From positions 1 through 64,000 of the forward strand of contig QPGO01000124.1 in the NCBI GenBank assembly GCA_008632985.1: 64,000 nucleotides of DNA, written 5' to 3'. This DNA comes from Psammoneis japonica (lineage: Eukaryota). The translations under genes were made by a program, and so were the position numbers. Positions within the stretch are counted from its first letter, which is position 1, and every line of letters begins with the position of its first letter. The notes beneath the pieces were generated by a model that saw only the letters and a list, made by a program, of their open reading frames with translations, was not told where the DNA came from and searched no databases. This document shows positions 1 to 12,600 of the stretch, piece after piece.

Positions 1-1019
1 TTTTGTTTGTGCTGCAGGTGTTGTGAGCCTTGTGCTCAATGGCCCCAACTGACTTTCTGGCAGCAATCACAGCCACATTTTTGTTCTTTGGGACCCAGCT
101 GCGGGCATCCAACTGGGTGACAATTGGCTCTGTTTGGATCAGCAGATGTCTGGATTTGACCCATTCAACAAGGCCCACAGCAACAGATGATGGCGCAGCT
201 GGATCTGCCAAACCTTCCTGCTGCTGCTGCAATCCACTGGTTACTGCTGCCATTCCTCCATGCACAAGTCAGTGTCTTCTTCATTGTTGCTCTACAACAC
301 CTCCCAAAATTGGTGACTTGTTTGACAATTTCAGCCCTGGCAATGCAGCATGGTGGGTGCCAAGTTCAGCAGTTTGCAGAGGGAACTTGTGATGTCACAA
401 TGCAGACCAGGAACACTCTTTCTCTCATTGACACATGGTTCCCCACCCTCTGCTCTTTCACTCAGGAGATCAACCATGATGCTGCTTGACAAGTGAAACA
501 ACAAATTGACTTTTTGAGAGCATCAGAGGCTGTCAGCCAATGAGCTGGCTCAAGTTTGGCACAGTGCTCAGAGAAACACATTGTCAACCTGGTTCTTGAC
601 ACCTGGGTTGACAAAGGTGCTGCAGGAGTGAGCAAAGCAATGAAAAGAAACACACACCAGCCAAAACCAACAAAAACAAAAACAGTGCAGGCACATGCAT
701 GCAAAATCAAGACAATGCTTGGCTGGGTTGATGCAGTGTAGTTGACTCTTTGGTCAAACCTTGCTCACCGCGAGTTGTGCCCAGGAACTTTTCTTCATCA
801 GTGCCAGGTTGCTTGTTGTGGAAATGGCTGTCCTCCTTGCTGCCAGCACAGGTGTTTGAGAGAACAGCCTTTCTCGACAGTTGCCAGATTTTCCTTGGAC
901 AGCTCACAATTTCAGTTGGCACAGTTTTGCAAAGATTGCCTGGCCAAGTGGCAGTTTGCTGCTTGCCAGCAGATCATTTCTGAGCCAAATTTGCTCCCCA
1001 GCCAGGTCATGACTCAATC

Positions 1020-1660
1020 AAGAGGCTCTTGGCAGCCACAGTGACCTCAAAAGAAGACCAATGCAAGATGATTGTTGGAGTTTTGCCAGAATGTTGTCAT
1101 GCTGTTTGTGAACCAGCACACTTGCCCTGACATGTTTCTTGCCACCAGCCAAGTTGCAAGGCTCAACCTGAGCCCCAAATGACCCTGTGCTGCTGCTGCC
1201 AAGACTCTGGTTTTTGATGTGCCTCAAGAGAACTTGCCACCAGCCAAGACATCATGTTCTCATTTCCCATGAGCTTGTCAGGTCTTGGCTGGCAGGTTGA
1301 TGCTGGCTTGGCAGCTCTCTTTGATTGGGGGAACTGGGTTTGGACAACTCTGTGCAATCTCATGCTGGCATTTGGCATGGAAGTTGCATCTTCAGTCAGC
1401 TCATTTGTGCTCAAGAACCCTTGAAGCTGCCCAAGCAGCAAGCACCTCCTGCCTCCTCACATGCTTTGTGCACTTTCAAATGTTTCCAGAAGTCTTGTTG
1501 GTCAGGATGTGTGTGTTCCTTCAGGACCTCTGCTCATGCACAAATGTTTGAAGACAACCAAGGTGTGCTCCACCTGGCAACCAGCCACACTGTGCACTGC
1601 CAGCTGTGCCAAATGCACCCACTCATCAAGTGGTGCTGGCTCTGCCCTCTGCCCATCAGA
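1020..1660 (+). mobile_element. Ty1/Copia retrotransposon RT C-terminus/RNase H relic, heavily mutated
   Basis: 1020-1235 translates, with frameshifts, to EALGS...HTCPDMFLATSQVARLNLSPK*PCAAAAKTLV..CLKRT, resembling Copia NTRPDIxFAVSQVARFxxxPKxxHxxAVKxIxRYLKxT. About 1545-1590 gives MFEDNQGVLHLAT, resembling the Copia RNase H FEDNxGAxxLA motif. Confidence 0.75.
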
Positions 1661-2489
1661 GGCTGCAACACAGTGGTCTCCACTTTTTAAAATTGTCAAC
1701 AAGCAGAATTTGAAAAATGCCAGCAAAAGTGCTCAACAAAGCGCAGCTGTTTTGTGCTTTGTTTCATCTGATGTCTCATTGGCTTTTCTCACACAAGCTT
1801 CAATCAAGTGCGTGCAATGTTCAATTTGGCTGGGACAGAAATTCATTTTTTGTGATGCATGGTTTGGTTTCAATGGTCATCAATTTGAACTTGTTTTAAC
1901 TTTGTCCTCCCCACTCATGTGCCTGTGTCTTTGCGCGCTTGCAGTCTGCTCCGCGCATGCCCATGACCCACCCTCATTTTAAATTTCTCTTTGCTGCTTC
2001 CCAGATTTGTGCAGCCCATTGGTCTGTGGTGTTTTCAGCATTTTTTTTATGTGCACACTTTTCCACACACTTCACAACAGCACACCCCCTCCCCAAAAAT
2101 CGAAAAATGAGAGCGTGCACTGTTGTGATTCATGTGGATTCTGTGTGTGGTTGCAAATCTGCAAATCAGCAACCAGCCATGGCTGTGAAAGACTTTGTCC
2201 CATTGGCCAATGACAACAGCTCTCAATTTGTGGTGAGCCCCCCCCTCTGGCTGGTCAAGATGGGTTTTGATTGGGGCGTCACTTGAGTTTTGTGAACACG
2301 AGTGTGCTGTCATGAATCCACCGCATCCAAGAATCATCATCCAGAATGCCATGCTCTGGCATGTTGTTGTGTGCACGCATGTCACAAGCTTTTCTGCAGC
2401 ATTGGCATGATTGCGCATGTCAGACTTTTGCATCCAGAATCACAACAAGTCAGAGCTTTGCATCCAGAGTCATCACAAGTTGCCACAAA

Positions 2490-2785
2490 TGACACTCTTC
2501 AAACAAGGCATGTGCAAAAAGAGGTTCATTGGTTTTTTTTTTGTGCACTCACTGACAATCCATCCGTCTTCTCCAATTTTTGTGTCCAGATCCAGAAAGT
2601 CTGCAGGCAGTGCTTGTTCCCACAGCTCTCAGAATCACACGTGTGAAATGGTGCATGTGCCACAAACAACACTGTTCAAACAAGGTGTGCACAAAAGAGG
2701 TTTGTTGGTTTTTGACATGTTCGCTGATGTTTCACCCATCTTCTCCAATTTTTGTCCAGATCCAGAAAGACTGCAGAGGCAGAGA
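2490..2785 (+). repeat. Degenerate direct duplication (~120 bp shared, ~180 bp spacing)
   Basis: acact-ttcaaacaagg...aaaagaggtt...tcttctccaattttt...tccagatccagaaag occurs at ~2492-2610 and again at ~2669-2780. Confidence 0.8.
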
Positions 2786-3129
2786 GTGGGGAAGAGACCC
2801 CAATGAAGGTTGCCTGAGTTGTTTCTCTGCTGTTTCTGGTCCATGCTCCAAATGTGTCATCATCAATGAACCATGTGCAGCACGGGAGGTGCGGGACAAA
2901 CTTGGTCATTGCCACATAACTTTGTCATTCATGTGGTGCCTTGTGCAGTGTGGTGCAGATGCGGGCAGTGCTTGTTCCCACAGCCATTGCATCAAGTGCA
3001 TTCTGTGGCCCTTGAGATGTTTTTTGCTTGCTCACATTCTTTCTTTCTGTGTTTTCTTTTAGTCACAGGGGTGGAGCTGGGTGCTCAATGTCATGCACCG
3101 CACACTGGCGTCCATGTTGCTCCAGAATC

Positions 3130-3600
3130 ATTGGTGCCAGATGCACCAACAAGCCCATTTTGCCACCCCCATTGGACATGTTGGTTCATCCATGTTGTGC
3201 TCTCACAATGTGCTCTGCACTTTTTGGCAATGAACAAGGTGGATCAGAGCAACAGCACTTGAGCTGCAAACTCACCTGCTCCAAATCAGTGGCATCAGAT
3301 GCTCTGGCAAGTCCATGTTGCCATTCCTGTGGGTTGTGTTGGTTCATCCATGCCACACTCTTGCAGCATGTTCTGCACTTTGTGGCAATGAACAAGGTGG
3401 ACCAGAGCAACAGCAGTTCAAATCATGGAACAGCAGCTCCTGCTGCAAACTCACCTGCTCCAGAGTCAGCGCGGTGCCGGATGCACAGGTGAGCCCATTT
3501 TGCCGTTCCCATTGGTTGTGTTGCTTCATCCACACTGTGCTCTCACAACATGCTCTGCACTTTTTGGCAACAAACAAGGTGGCTGCCAGCAGCGGCACTT
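3130..3600 (+). repeat. Three degenerate tandem copies of a ~155-185 bp unit
   Basis: gg(t/c)(g/a)..agatgc...ccat.ttgcc...ttcatcca...ctctgcactt..tggcaa..aacaaggtgg recurs at ~3132, ~3289 and ~3473. Confidence 0.85.
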
Positions 3601-6145
3601 CAAGAAAGAGAGCTGCAGCAGCTGCTGCAAACTGGTGTGTTGTTGTTTCCGCCAGCATCATCCAAATTAAATGCAAACAACAAAATGGAGCACAATTTGC
3701 AATTCAAATGATTTTAATTTGCAGGTTTTGCAGGGACAGAGGGTGGGCACTCTCACAGGAAAAATGGGTGGCTGTTTCACTGTGAAGCGTGGTTTCCTCA
3801 TGGGACCGGGGGGGGTCAGACCTCATGGCACAAAAATGCTTGACTGTGACAGCTGACATGTCATCACAACGCACACAACTGTCAAGGTTTGAAACCATGG
3901 AATTTTTAAATGCAAGGAAAAAACATGGCCATGAGAAAGGAGGTTTAGATCACCACAACACGCGCTCTGATGCCCCCGCGGCAACAAGTTTGTCATGTCC
4001 TCATGGTCAACAAGGCGGGTGCCCAGCCCACTTGTGAGCAGGCCAGTTTTCTCACCAAATCCCTGACTCCAGATCTCTTCCCAAACAGAGCAACAAGCTG
4101 AAGGTCCAAGGAGGCTGCTGCTGGCAGATTGTTGGCAGCGCCATCATTTGTTTGTTCTGCTTGTCGCTGGACACAATGGGGCAATTGCGCCAAACTTTAA
4201 GAAGCAGATCTGCAGTGCAGCCACCAACCCTCCCCCACTGAAGCATGTGTTAGAACACAACAATTGATGGTGGCCTGACATTGTGGATGTCATGGGCTGG
4301 AAGGTTTGCATCATGCCAGCACTGTGAAGATGGCTTGTGACTTGCTTCCAACCAATGAGGTTGCTGGCTGCAGGCCGGTGCAACCCAGTCTGGCCCAGCT
4401 GTTGTTGCTTGTCTTGTGAGTCTCTGACAAAAGACAGAGACCACATTCTTTCATGCCTGGCTGGTGAATCTTCTTTGTGCCAGAAGTTCTTGCAAGGTTT
4501 GCAGGGCTGTTGCAACAAACTGGGTTCAACACCTCCTCGTCTCTGACATTTTGGCTTCTGTCATCTTCCCTGTGTGCAAGCTTGGTTCAGTGGGGGGAGA
4601 TGGTTTGTTTGGATGAGACAGATTGCTGGTTCCAGTCTCTGTGGAATGCCCAAAATGACACAGACTGGCACCAGTTTTTCAATGGTCATTTTTTGGCTTT
4701 TGAAAAGTGATCCAATTGGCTCATTTGGTCAGCTCAGGTCTTTTTTGGCAGCAATTGTGCTCACCAGTCTGAGAACAAAAGAAGACCTTCTGACTGGCTG
4801 GCACAAATCAAACTCCACTTGGTCATCTGGGAGAGCTGGCAGGAGCTGTGGAAAGATCCCAACCAAAACACTGCATGCTGGTGGCACAATCATCTGCTTG
4901 ACATTGTCTCATGGAGGCAGAGTCAACTGCTGTGAGCAACAAAAGGGAGCGCCAAGAGAGCATCTTCTGTTGAAAAGATCATACAGCACTGCTGATGCTG
5001 CAAACTCAGCTGAGAAGAACATGGGGCTTGCTTGGCTGAAAAAAATCAGAGTTGGATTGCCACGGCAGAGCTGAGGAGGGTGAGCAGCAGCCTTCAAGGT
5101 GTGCCGTGCTTCGCAGCACCCACACTGTCATCTTGCCAGCTGCTTTTGTTGGCCCAACCATCTCCGGGCAGGGCAGCACCTCTTTTGGCCAAACTTTTTT
5201 CCTTCTGCCATGCTGGCCAGTGAGCTGTGGAAAAGCAGAGCCAGGTTGTGCTGGCGTTGCTGGGCAAAGGTGCTGCAGCATTTGGAAGCTGGATTTTTTG
5301 TCATTTGTTTGTCACACACGCTGTGATTTGGTCAAAGCACAGGAGTGTTGTTGCCACCAAAAACCCTCTTTTGTGTGCCTTGTGCCGGCTGCGTGCGAGA
5401 GCACTTTCTTGTTTGCAAAAAATTTGTGGTTGGTTGTGAAATCTGCAAGGGAGAGGGAGAGAGCCACGGAGCGCCTGTCTGGCGATCTGCCATCCAGTCA
5501 ACAGCCCAGTCTGTGAAAGTCTGAGATGGGGCGGCTGGCTCGTTCAGAGCTCAGAGGCCGAAGCTTTGCAGCCACCATCACACTGAAGGGGGCTGTTGGC
5601 ATTCTCGCTCAGCAAGCCACAACGCAGAGTCTAGTTGAGCATGGCTCGGGCGTTTGAAGCATTGTTCCTTCTTTCTTGGCGGGAGAGACGCCGGGAAAAA
5701 AGCGCCAAAACCCCCGCTGAGGCTATCTACAGTACGACTGAAACGGAATGTTCCCTCTATTCTTTTTCTTTGTATGCGCATAAAATCATTGAATATAAGT
5801 TATGCAGTAAAAAGGTATAAATACTCTTAGAGTTCTTAGTTAGACATATGCGTTTTCAGTTGCTGAATAAGATCCAAATAGATCCAATTTGATCCAATTA
5901 CCAATCTTGCGAAAAATTTTGGATTTATCCAACCTTCGTGAGCGTACACGATCAAACCGTTGGCGGCGAAACGGATGTCTTCCCGCCCAAAGTCAGGTTT
6001 CGCGTTGTTGCCTGTTGCTATGGTTGCTACCGTATGTGCTGCTTTTGATTATCTCATGTTGATCTCGGTTTGGCATGTCATTCAGGTTGTAAGGGCAGAG
6101 TATATACAAGTCTTATTCGCCACTGTTGTAGTCTAGGAGGGCACC

Positions 6146-7440
6146 ATGAGTGAATTTAATAATACCATGATGATGAAGTCGCGATCTTTTCCTCGAAAAC
6201 CTCCAGCAACACAGCCATTAATCAAAGTGACCTTGGAAAGTCTCAAAGGAATATCGCTCAAGACTCGAAAACGAAACAATGACTTGGGCGACGAGGGACC
6301 CGTTGTTCCGCACGTGACAGCGGCGGTGTCTTTTTCTGGTTCACTCAAGGACATGCAAGTCGGTTCTTCTTCGCTCTGTCCCCGTTCTGGAAATTTGCTG
6401 GTGGAATCCGAACCAGCGTGCCTCATTCCGTTGAAAACAACATCACCGAATACCTCAATTGATACATCTGGTAGCGACGAGGATGTATTTCAGCTCGTGG
6501 CTCAGTGGGATAAACGTGATGAAGTTCTGCAGAGTGGTTCGCCTCGAAGAAACAGCACAAAGAAGCCACACTTAACCATTCGCTACCGTCGAGGGATGCG
6601 AATTTGCCGTCGGTTCCACTGGAGGAAATGAACCGAGACTGCGATGTTGTAGAGAATACGCGGACAACGCCAGAGCTGGAGAGTTCAGACCTTAGCAGTG
6701 ATGGTGGTGCATACATTCTGGCGAAATCGACTTCTGACGAGGATGACGGAGACGAGGTTGCATCCGTAACCCGAGGTCCTAGTGTGGTTTGGTCAGCATC
6801 TGGGTCCGGTATGCCTGAAATTATAGAGTTGAATGTGACTCTTGTGGCTGGAAAAAGCGATGAAACCCTTGGCTTGTCTTGCGATGACGACGAAGAGGAT
6901 ACCGATGCTCTGGCTACTCGAGCTCAAGAGGGAATTGCCTACCTTGTCTTCTTTGGTCAAAACGATAGGGTTTCAACAACAATGGATCTTCCGGTGAAAA
7001 AGCCACAGTCCCAACCACCACTTGTTGTTTCAGACGGTGAAGCGTCAGTTGTACTGGATGAAGACGCGAGGATCAGGATACGGGTTGATGTTTTGCCGGA
7101 TGGTATGGAAGATGTGTCCAGCAACAACCGACTATATTCTCAGTCTCTGCTTGATACATTCGGAACGACAAGATTTAAGAGATTGGAACCTATCCTACAA
7201 CAATTACGACACGAGAGTGATCATCAACAACGAGTGGACGACTTGATAGAGTCACCCCTTACTGCAGAAAGAGAATCGGCGGAAGCACCAGGTGTGTTTT
7301 GCTCGGGAGACCGAGGTTTCTTGTCCATTTTGAAAGAGCTGAAAGATGCTGTAAGGTATTGTGATGAAGGAGACATGTACGTGCATTCAGGTGATTCCGT
7401 TGCCTCGACACTTGCTACTGCGGCATCCCTTGATATATAG
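6146..7440 (+). CDS. Hypothetical protein, two overlapping ORFs joined by an apparent frameshift near 6600
   Basis: ORFs 6146-6631 and 6604-7440 have normal coding composition and read as one acidic protein. No family recognised. Confidence 0.6.
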
Positions 7441-7629
7441 CCTTCAGTTGAAGTTGTTCCTGGTGCGAACTAGAGGCTACATTACTTTCGCTCCATAGGT
7501 TCCAATTTTATCGTAACTTTGTCCATAAGGCACGAATCTCATAGCCAGTGTCCTATCGCAGGTAGCCTTTCAATGCTTGCACACTTTAAAAATGCTACTG
7601 CTTGGATGGTGCACACTATATTCTGAAGT

Positions 7630-8295
7630 CAATTGCGACTTGCTGTCGGAGCTGATTGCGGAGGAAGAAAACGCCGCGACAAGCACTGCTGGAACGAACA
7701 CGAGACATGTTGACTGAACACAAAGAGCGCACAATCCCACAACGACCATTTCAAATTGCCGAAGACAAGCTCAGCGACGTTGTTGCTTCGGCTTGTCAGA
7801 ATTGGACTCTTGCAACAATCTTTGCATGGATCGCGAGATGGCTTCTTCTTCTTCTTCTTCTTCAAAACAACAGAAAGAATGCTCCACTTTTGATTGTGCA
7901 CTTCCCCCCCAGGGGTGGCTCCTGGTGCTTGCATCTTGGCAGCATTCTTCAGCTCTGTCCAAGCTTGGTCATCTTTGCTGCCCTCTCCTGGAGCTGCAAT
8001 CAACAGCTTGCACATTTGCAGGACAAGCACGCTGGTGGATGTTTGTGTGAAGCTGGCTCCACCACTGAGCTTCTGTGGTGGTGTGGCTTGCCCCCTCTCC
8101 CCCATTGACAATGAGCAAGAAACAACCATCAACCAAAGAGAGTGATGCAAACTTCTGCAGAGAGCACTTTCCAAACCAGCACAACCTCACACCACATGTT
8201 CTTGGTCCACACAGACATTTTTTCCCATGCTGGCCAAATGGACGAGTCAACTCCAGCAGCAAAGCTGCACATCATCAAGTCAAGAAGTGAAGGAG

Positions 8296-8346
<51 letters not shown>

Positions 8347-9560
8347 AGCCGCTGGTGCTGCCATGTGCAGAGCTGCCATCTGCCAAAAACAAGCAGCAGC
8401 AATGTGGCAACAATGGTCTGCTGGCACGGCAGCTGTGGCACATGACAGGTGCACAATGTCAAAAGCAGGCAATTGAGAGAATCTGTTGAGCTCAGATTGT
8501 TCCATGGGTCAAATGCAGAGCTGCTGTCCAGCAGGTGGTGCAAGCACCCACTGCCACTGCTCAGGCCAACCTGGTGTTTGGCAAACCAAGTGGCATCGCA
8601 GGCCAGCTGCACTTGGGGTGAGTGTGCGACACTTGAGAAATTTTGTGTCTTCAAGACAAATGAAAACAACAAAATGCATGCTTGCACATTTTCTGAGCTT
8701 GTCAGGTGAGTTTGGTGCTGTGCACATCACAAGCATCAGCTTCTTTGCCACATGGGATTTTCCTGGAGCAAGCTCTTCTTCAATGATGACCCGCTCAGTG
8801 CAGCATGCAAAAAGGCCGCTCAAAATGCCCACTCCTTGCTCTTGAGTGGCTGGCTTGCATGCATGCTGGGAGCAAGCCACACACTGTTTCAGGCGAGAGA
8901 GAAGGAGCCCAACTCTTTTTTTTTTGCAAAATCATGAGTGCGCTGAATGGCAAGACACAAGCAAACATGTGGCAATGACAGGCATGCCCATGCACACCAA
9001 AACCTCCTCAGCCAAATGAAAAACTTGCAGAGACAACTTTTCACAAACCCAGCTGCCAAGAACAATGGAGTGTGATTCTTGCTGCAGTGTGCACATTTTC
9101 TTGTGGAGGACAAGCACAGAGGACACATGCCTGGTGCAAGAATTGCTGCAACACAGTGAAGCAACAGCTGGGTTGTGTGCAAGCTGGGTTGATTGACTCA
9201 TCAAACCTTGGGCACTTGTCCTTGCAAACTGCAAAGCAATGAAATGCAGCCATGTCATTGGATGGAACATGAACAAATGACAACAAAAACACCATCCAAA
9301 GCAACTTCAACCAATGATCCATCATTCTGAAGTGTGCTGCCACCATTGTGCAGAACAACAGAAAGGTCAGGGATAGAGATCTTTGGGGTCTTGAGCAAGC
9401 AGGCCTTGACATCAGAAGGAGAAGCAACAACAAGCTTGCAAACAATGACAGTGGGCCAGTTGCTGGATGTCCAACACTTTCAGAGCGAAATCATTTTGGC
9501 CTGGACCGTTTTCCTGCTCTAGTTGATTAAATTTTGTGTCATGCAAAAGTAAAATGCAGC
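7630..9560. other. TpA- and CpG-depleted block (degenerate repeat/TE)
   Basis: Almost no TA between 7630 and 9510 (one seen near 9374). CG is retained mainly at the left edge (7630-7840) and scarce inside. Confidence 0.85.
8298..8346 (+). repeat. (GA)n microsatellite
   Basis: Direct reading of the agagagag... run with one interruption. Confidence 0.95.
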
Positions 9561-9679
9561 TTGCTGGCAGAACCGCTTGTACAAACATTTTCGATTCATG
9601 GACGTCCATCCACAGCCACCCGCTTCCATCCCCATTTACAAGAGGACTGTAAGAGCAGCATCGGCATCACTAAAATAGA

Positions 9680-12600
9680 TTAGTAGCAGCGGTGAAAGTT
9701 CTGCACATGAATAGCGTCCGAATCATTCTCCCACCGACGCTTCATTCGGTTGATGACGACTTGCGGGACATTGTGATCATTGGTGTTGATCGAAGGTTTC
9801 CTGTGAATCTCAAACACCAGCACTGGTTGTTGCGATTTTCGCTTGTAAAATGCGTACTCCTGCAGTGTAGAATTGGTGTTGTCAACGATTCGGATGCTTG
9901 CAGTCGATGTCATAAAACGCTCGCGACAATCAGCGTGAGCAGCTCCAAGCCTCGACTCGTCAAATTCGTACCCTCGATGGGTTACAAAAAAGTCGTCCGC
10001 TGAAACAATTTCGACCGAGCTCGGAGCTAGGTACGGCGCTAGAACTTGGCGTGCAAAGTGCGATTTCCCTGAACCTGGTAATCCACGAAGGATAATGGTT
10101 GTTTGATCCTTGTTCGCGTTCTTGTTATCAAAGACGGTCTGGAACAAAAGACCCACGTCAGTCGATAGATCCGACAGTCGAACAAAATCAATGGACAGAA
10201 GTCGCTGAAGGGCACCCCATTCCGATTTCTGGATTATTTTGCTCCACAGAAATGACACAAGCGGTCGTAATCCATTGGTGGAATCCTTAGACATTGTCAA
10301 GTAGGATTGAACGAGGCCCGTCTCCCATCCCGCCGATAGTGCTTGACGCAAAGCGAGCCCTTGGTTTCTTTGGACGATTTCATTCGACGCCCAATAAGCC
10401 AAGTCTTGATCCAGTTGAACGACTGCGACTCGAGTGGTTTCAATAAAGTAAAGCAGAATGTCAATGGGGCAATTTGTGGCAAGATTCAGGCGATGTACAT
10501 AGTCGGGCAACAAGTCATCATTGATTGATTCGTCGCAGAGCCATTTCCAAAGAGCCAGCTCCCAGAGCAGTTGATTTGGTATCTCAGTCCAATGAGAACA
10601 CTGCAGGCCGCCCCAAGTAAGCAACGGAGGTTCTACAGTGCTGCTCTCTTTGAGTCGTGATGGTTTCTTCAGATGCAGTTTCACATTGTTCAGGTACCAG
10701 TTTGTCTTGATCTTGTAGCGACTTTGACCATCAGCCAAAACCATAACAACTCCTTCTATTTCTTCTTTGATAGACAAGTTATTGCGCACGAAGGCTAGAA
10801 TTCCTTCAAGCGTTTGTGCCTGTCCAACTGGAAGACTGATTGTCCGTGCAGTTGGTAAATTGAATTGTTTAGCTGACGCCGCCGCTTCTTCCCAGTCAAC
10901 ATACAATCCGGTGTCCATGTGGCGGATGGCAATTAGAACCATTTTGTCGCGATCATACGTAACAACTCCTTTCTGCTGACTTCGGTTGATGCATTCGAAC
11001 AGTGGAGTGAACCGCTGGTCCATCCAATACTTGGAAAAGGATTCAAAATCACAACTTGGCGTCCGTGCGACAAAGGTTTCGGCAGCGGGACTAATTTCCT
11101 GTCGTGTCGCCCACCTAACCCTGCCGGATACCGGAGACAAAAATGGAGAAACCAGAAATCCGTCAAGCTTTTCCAGAAGCAAACAACCTCTCACGTCAAT
11201 ACCGGTTCCATGATCAGACTCGAGTACCTCGTGCACGTTGTAGAATTTGTGGAATCTACGGGCGAGAACAGTTCCATCAATCGGAGAAACCAACAGTCCT
11301 CGGCATTCTTTCAGTCTGATATCAGAAACGTCTCCGGTTTGAAATGCAGCCAGGTCGGTGTAGTCGACAGAAATGTGCTCGTCATATCTTCGAAGTTGAA
11401 TATATCGGTTAGTACGACTGAGACGCTTGAAATGATTTAGAACGTCGCCACTCAAATCAGCGAACGGCGATCGACGACGATTCATCCTAGTAGGCATGGT
11501 GGAGTCATTTGTGTACGTCAATGTTAAAACCAAACGAATAGGTTTGCCGAAACTTGTCTCGCGCGCATGGCCACCTTGTACCTGGCGTGGCAAGTCGTTA
11601 GCTTCAGAAGCTTTAGTGCTAGCTTGATGCCAGATTGTCATGTGAGCAAACCGGTTCAAAGATCGAGGAATATCTTTACATCTTCTGGACTTTTCCGCAA
11701 TAGCAACGTCGAGAGCGGCGATAGATTTACTCCATAAGAGGCCACGTACTTCCACATCGACCTTTTCTCCTTCGAGGCCGCCAAATACTTTGCGCATTTC
11801 TTCTTGAGATACCTGATTCATATGCGCCAGCGTCACGTGAAGGTTTGCCACTCGTCCAGACTTGTCGATTCTTTTCTTCAGTTCGGTGGGAAGATTGCCC
11901 AGTATCTCCTCGTGATCGAATGGATCAACGTCAAGAGCAACATACTCAACCTTTTTGCAGGGCCAGAGATTATTACTTGTCGTTTCTACGGCGGGTAGCT
12001 TCTCATCGGAAAGTTGTTGAAGCGCAGTCAGCGTCTCTTTCAGGCTTATATGATGCACGAAACGACCACCACGATTCTCCCATGGCGTCTTCAAATCAAG
12101 CCTGTCATCAATCAAAATGCAACCTTTTCGCGACCACCTCGGTTTTTCTCTAATGCTTGTGCAAATGTTTACCTTGATGCTCCCAAGATGCTTCTGACAC
12201 CACCTCTTCTTTTGGTCACCGAATTTGCCTTGGCCAGCTGAGAGAATTTCGATATGATCCTCTCCAAACATGCTCTGTATAGCATCAAACAGATCTTGGC
12301 CTTTCTCGGTCCAAGCGAGTGATCCAAAGAAGTCCTCCGCATCACCAATAGCTTGCCACATTTCCGTGGGAGACATTTGCTCTGGGCTACGACCACCGCA
12401 TAATTCAGCGATTCCCCGATCGAAATCAGCCAGTACGCCATCTAGGTCGACGTAGACAACAGCGTGAGGACTTTTTGGAATCCTTCGTGGTGCTTCATTG
12501 CGTTTTACATCAAGCGCGCTGTTCCCAAAAGGAGCCGGCCACCGTGGTGGGGTGGGCACGTCTGAGAGCTCCGTCGAGCTGTCCTCTGTGAGAACAATTC

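Larger units (their letters stand above)
1..5580. other. TpA- and CpG-depleted block of degenerate repeat/TE DNA (runs off the window's left edge)
   Basis: Manual scan finds only about 16 TA dinucleotides in ~5.5 kb. CG is also scarce and CA/TG are very abundant. Six-frame ORFs are Cys/His/Gln-rich and nearly Tyr-free. Normal composition resumes near 5630. Confidence 0.9.

Noticed and set aside
1..5580. Dozens of overlapping 60-240 aa ORFs here and in 7630-9560, 23760-25320 and 34860-37900
   Set aside because: They are by-products of TpA loss (TAA/TAG stops removed). They occur in all six frames, are Cys/His/Gln-rich, nearly Tyr-free and lack intact domains.
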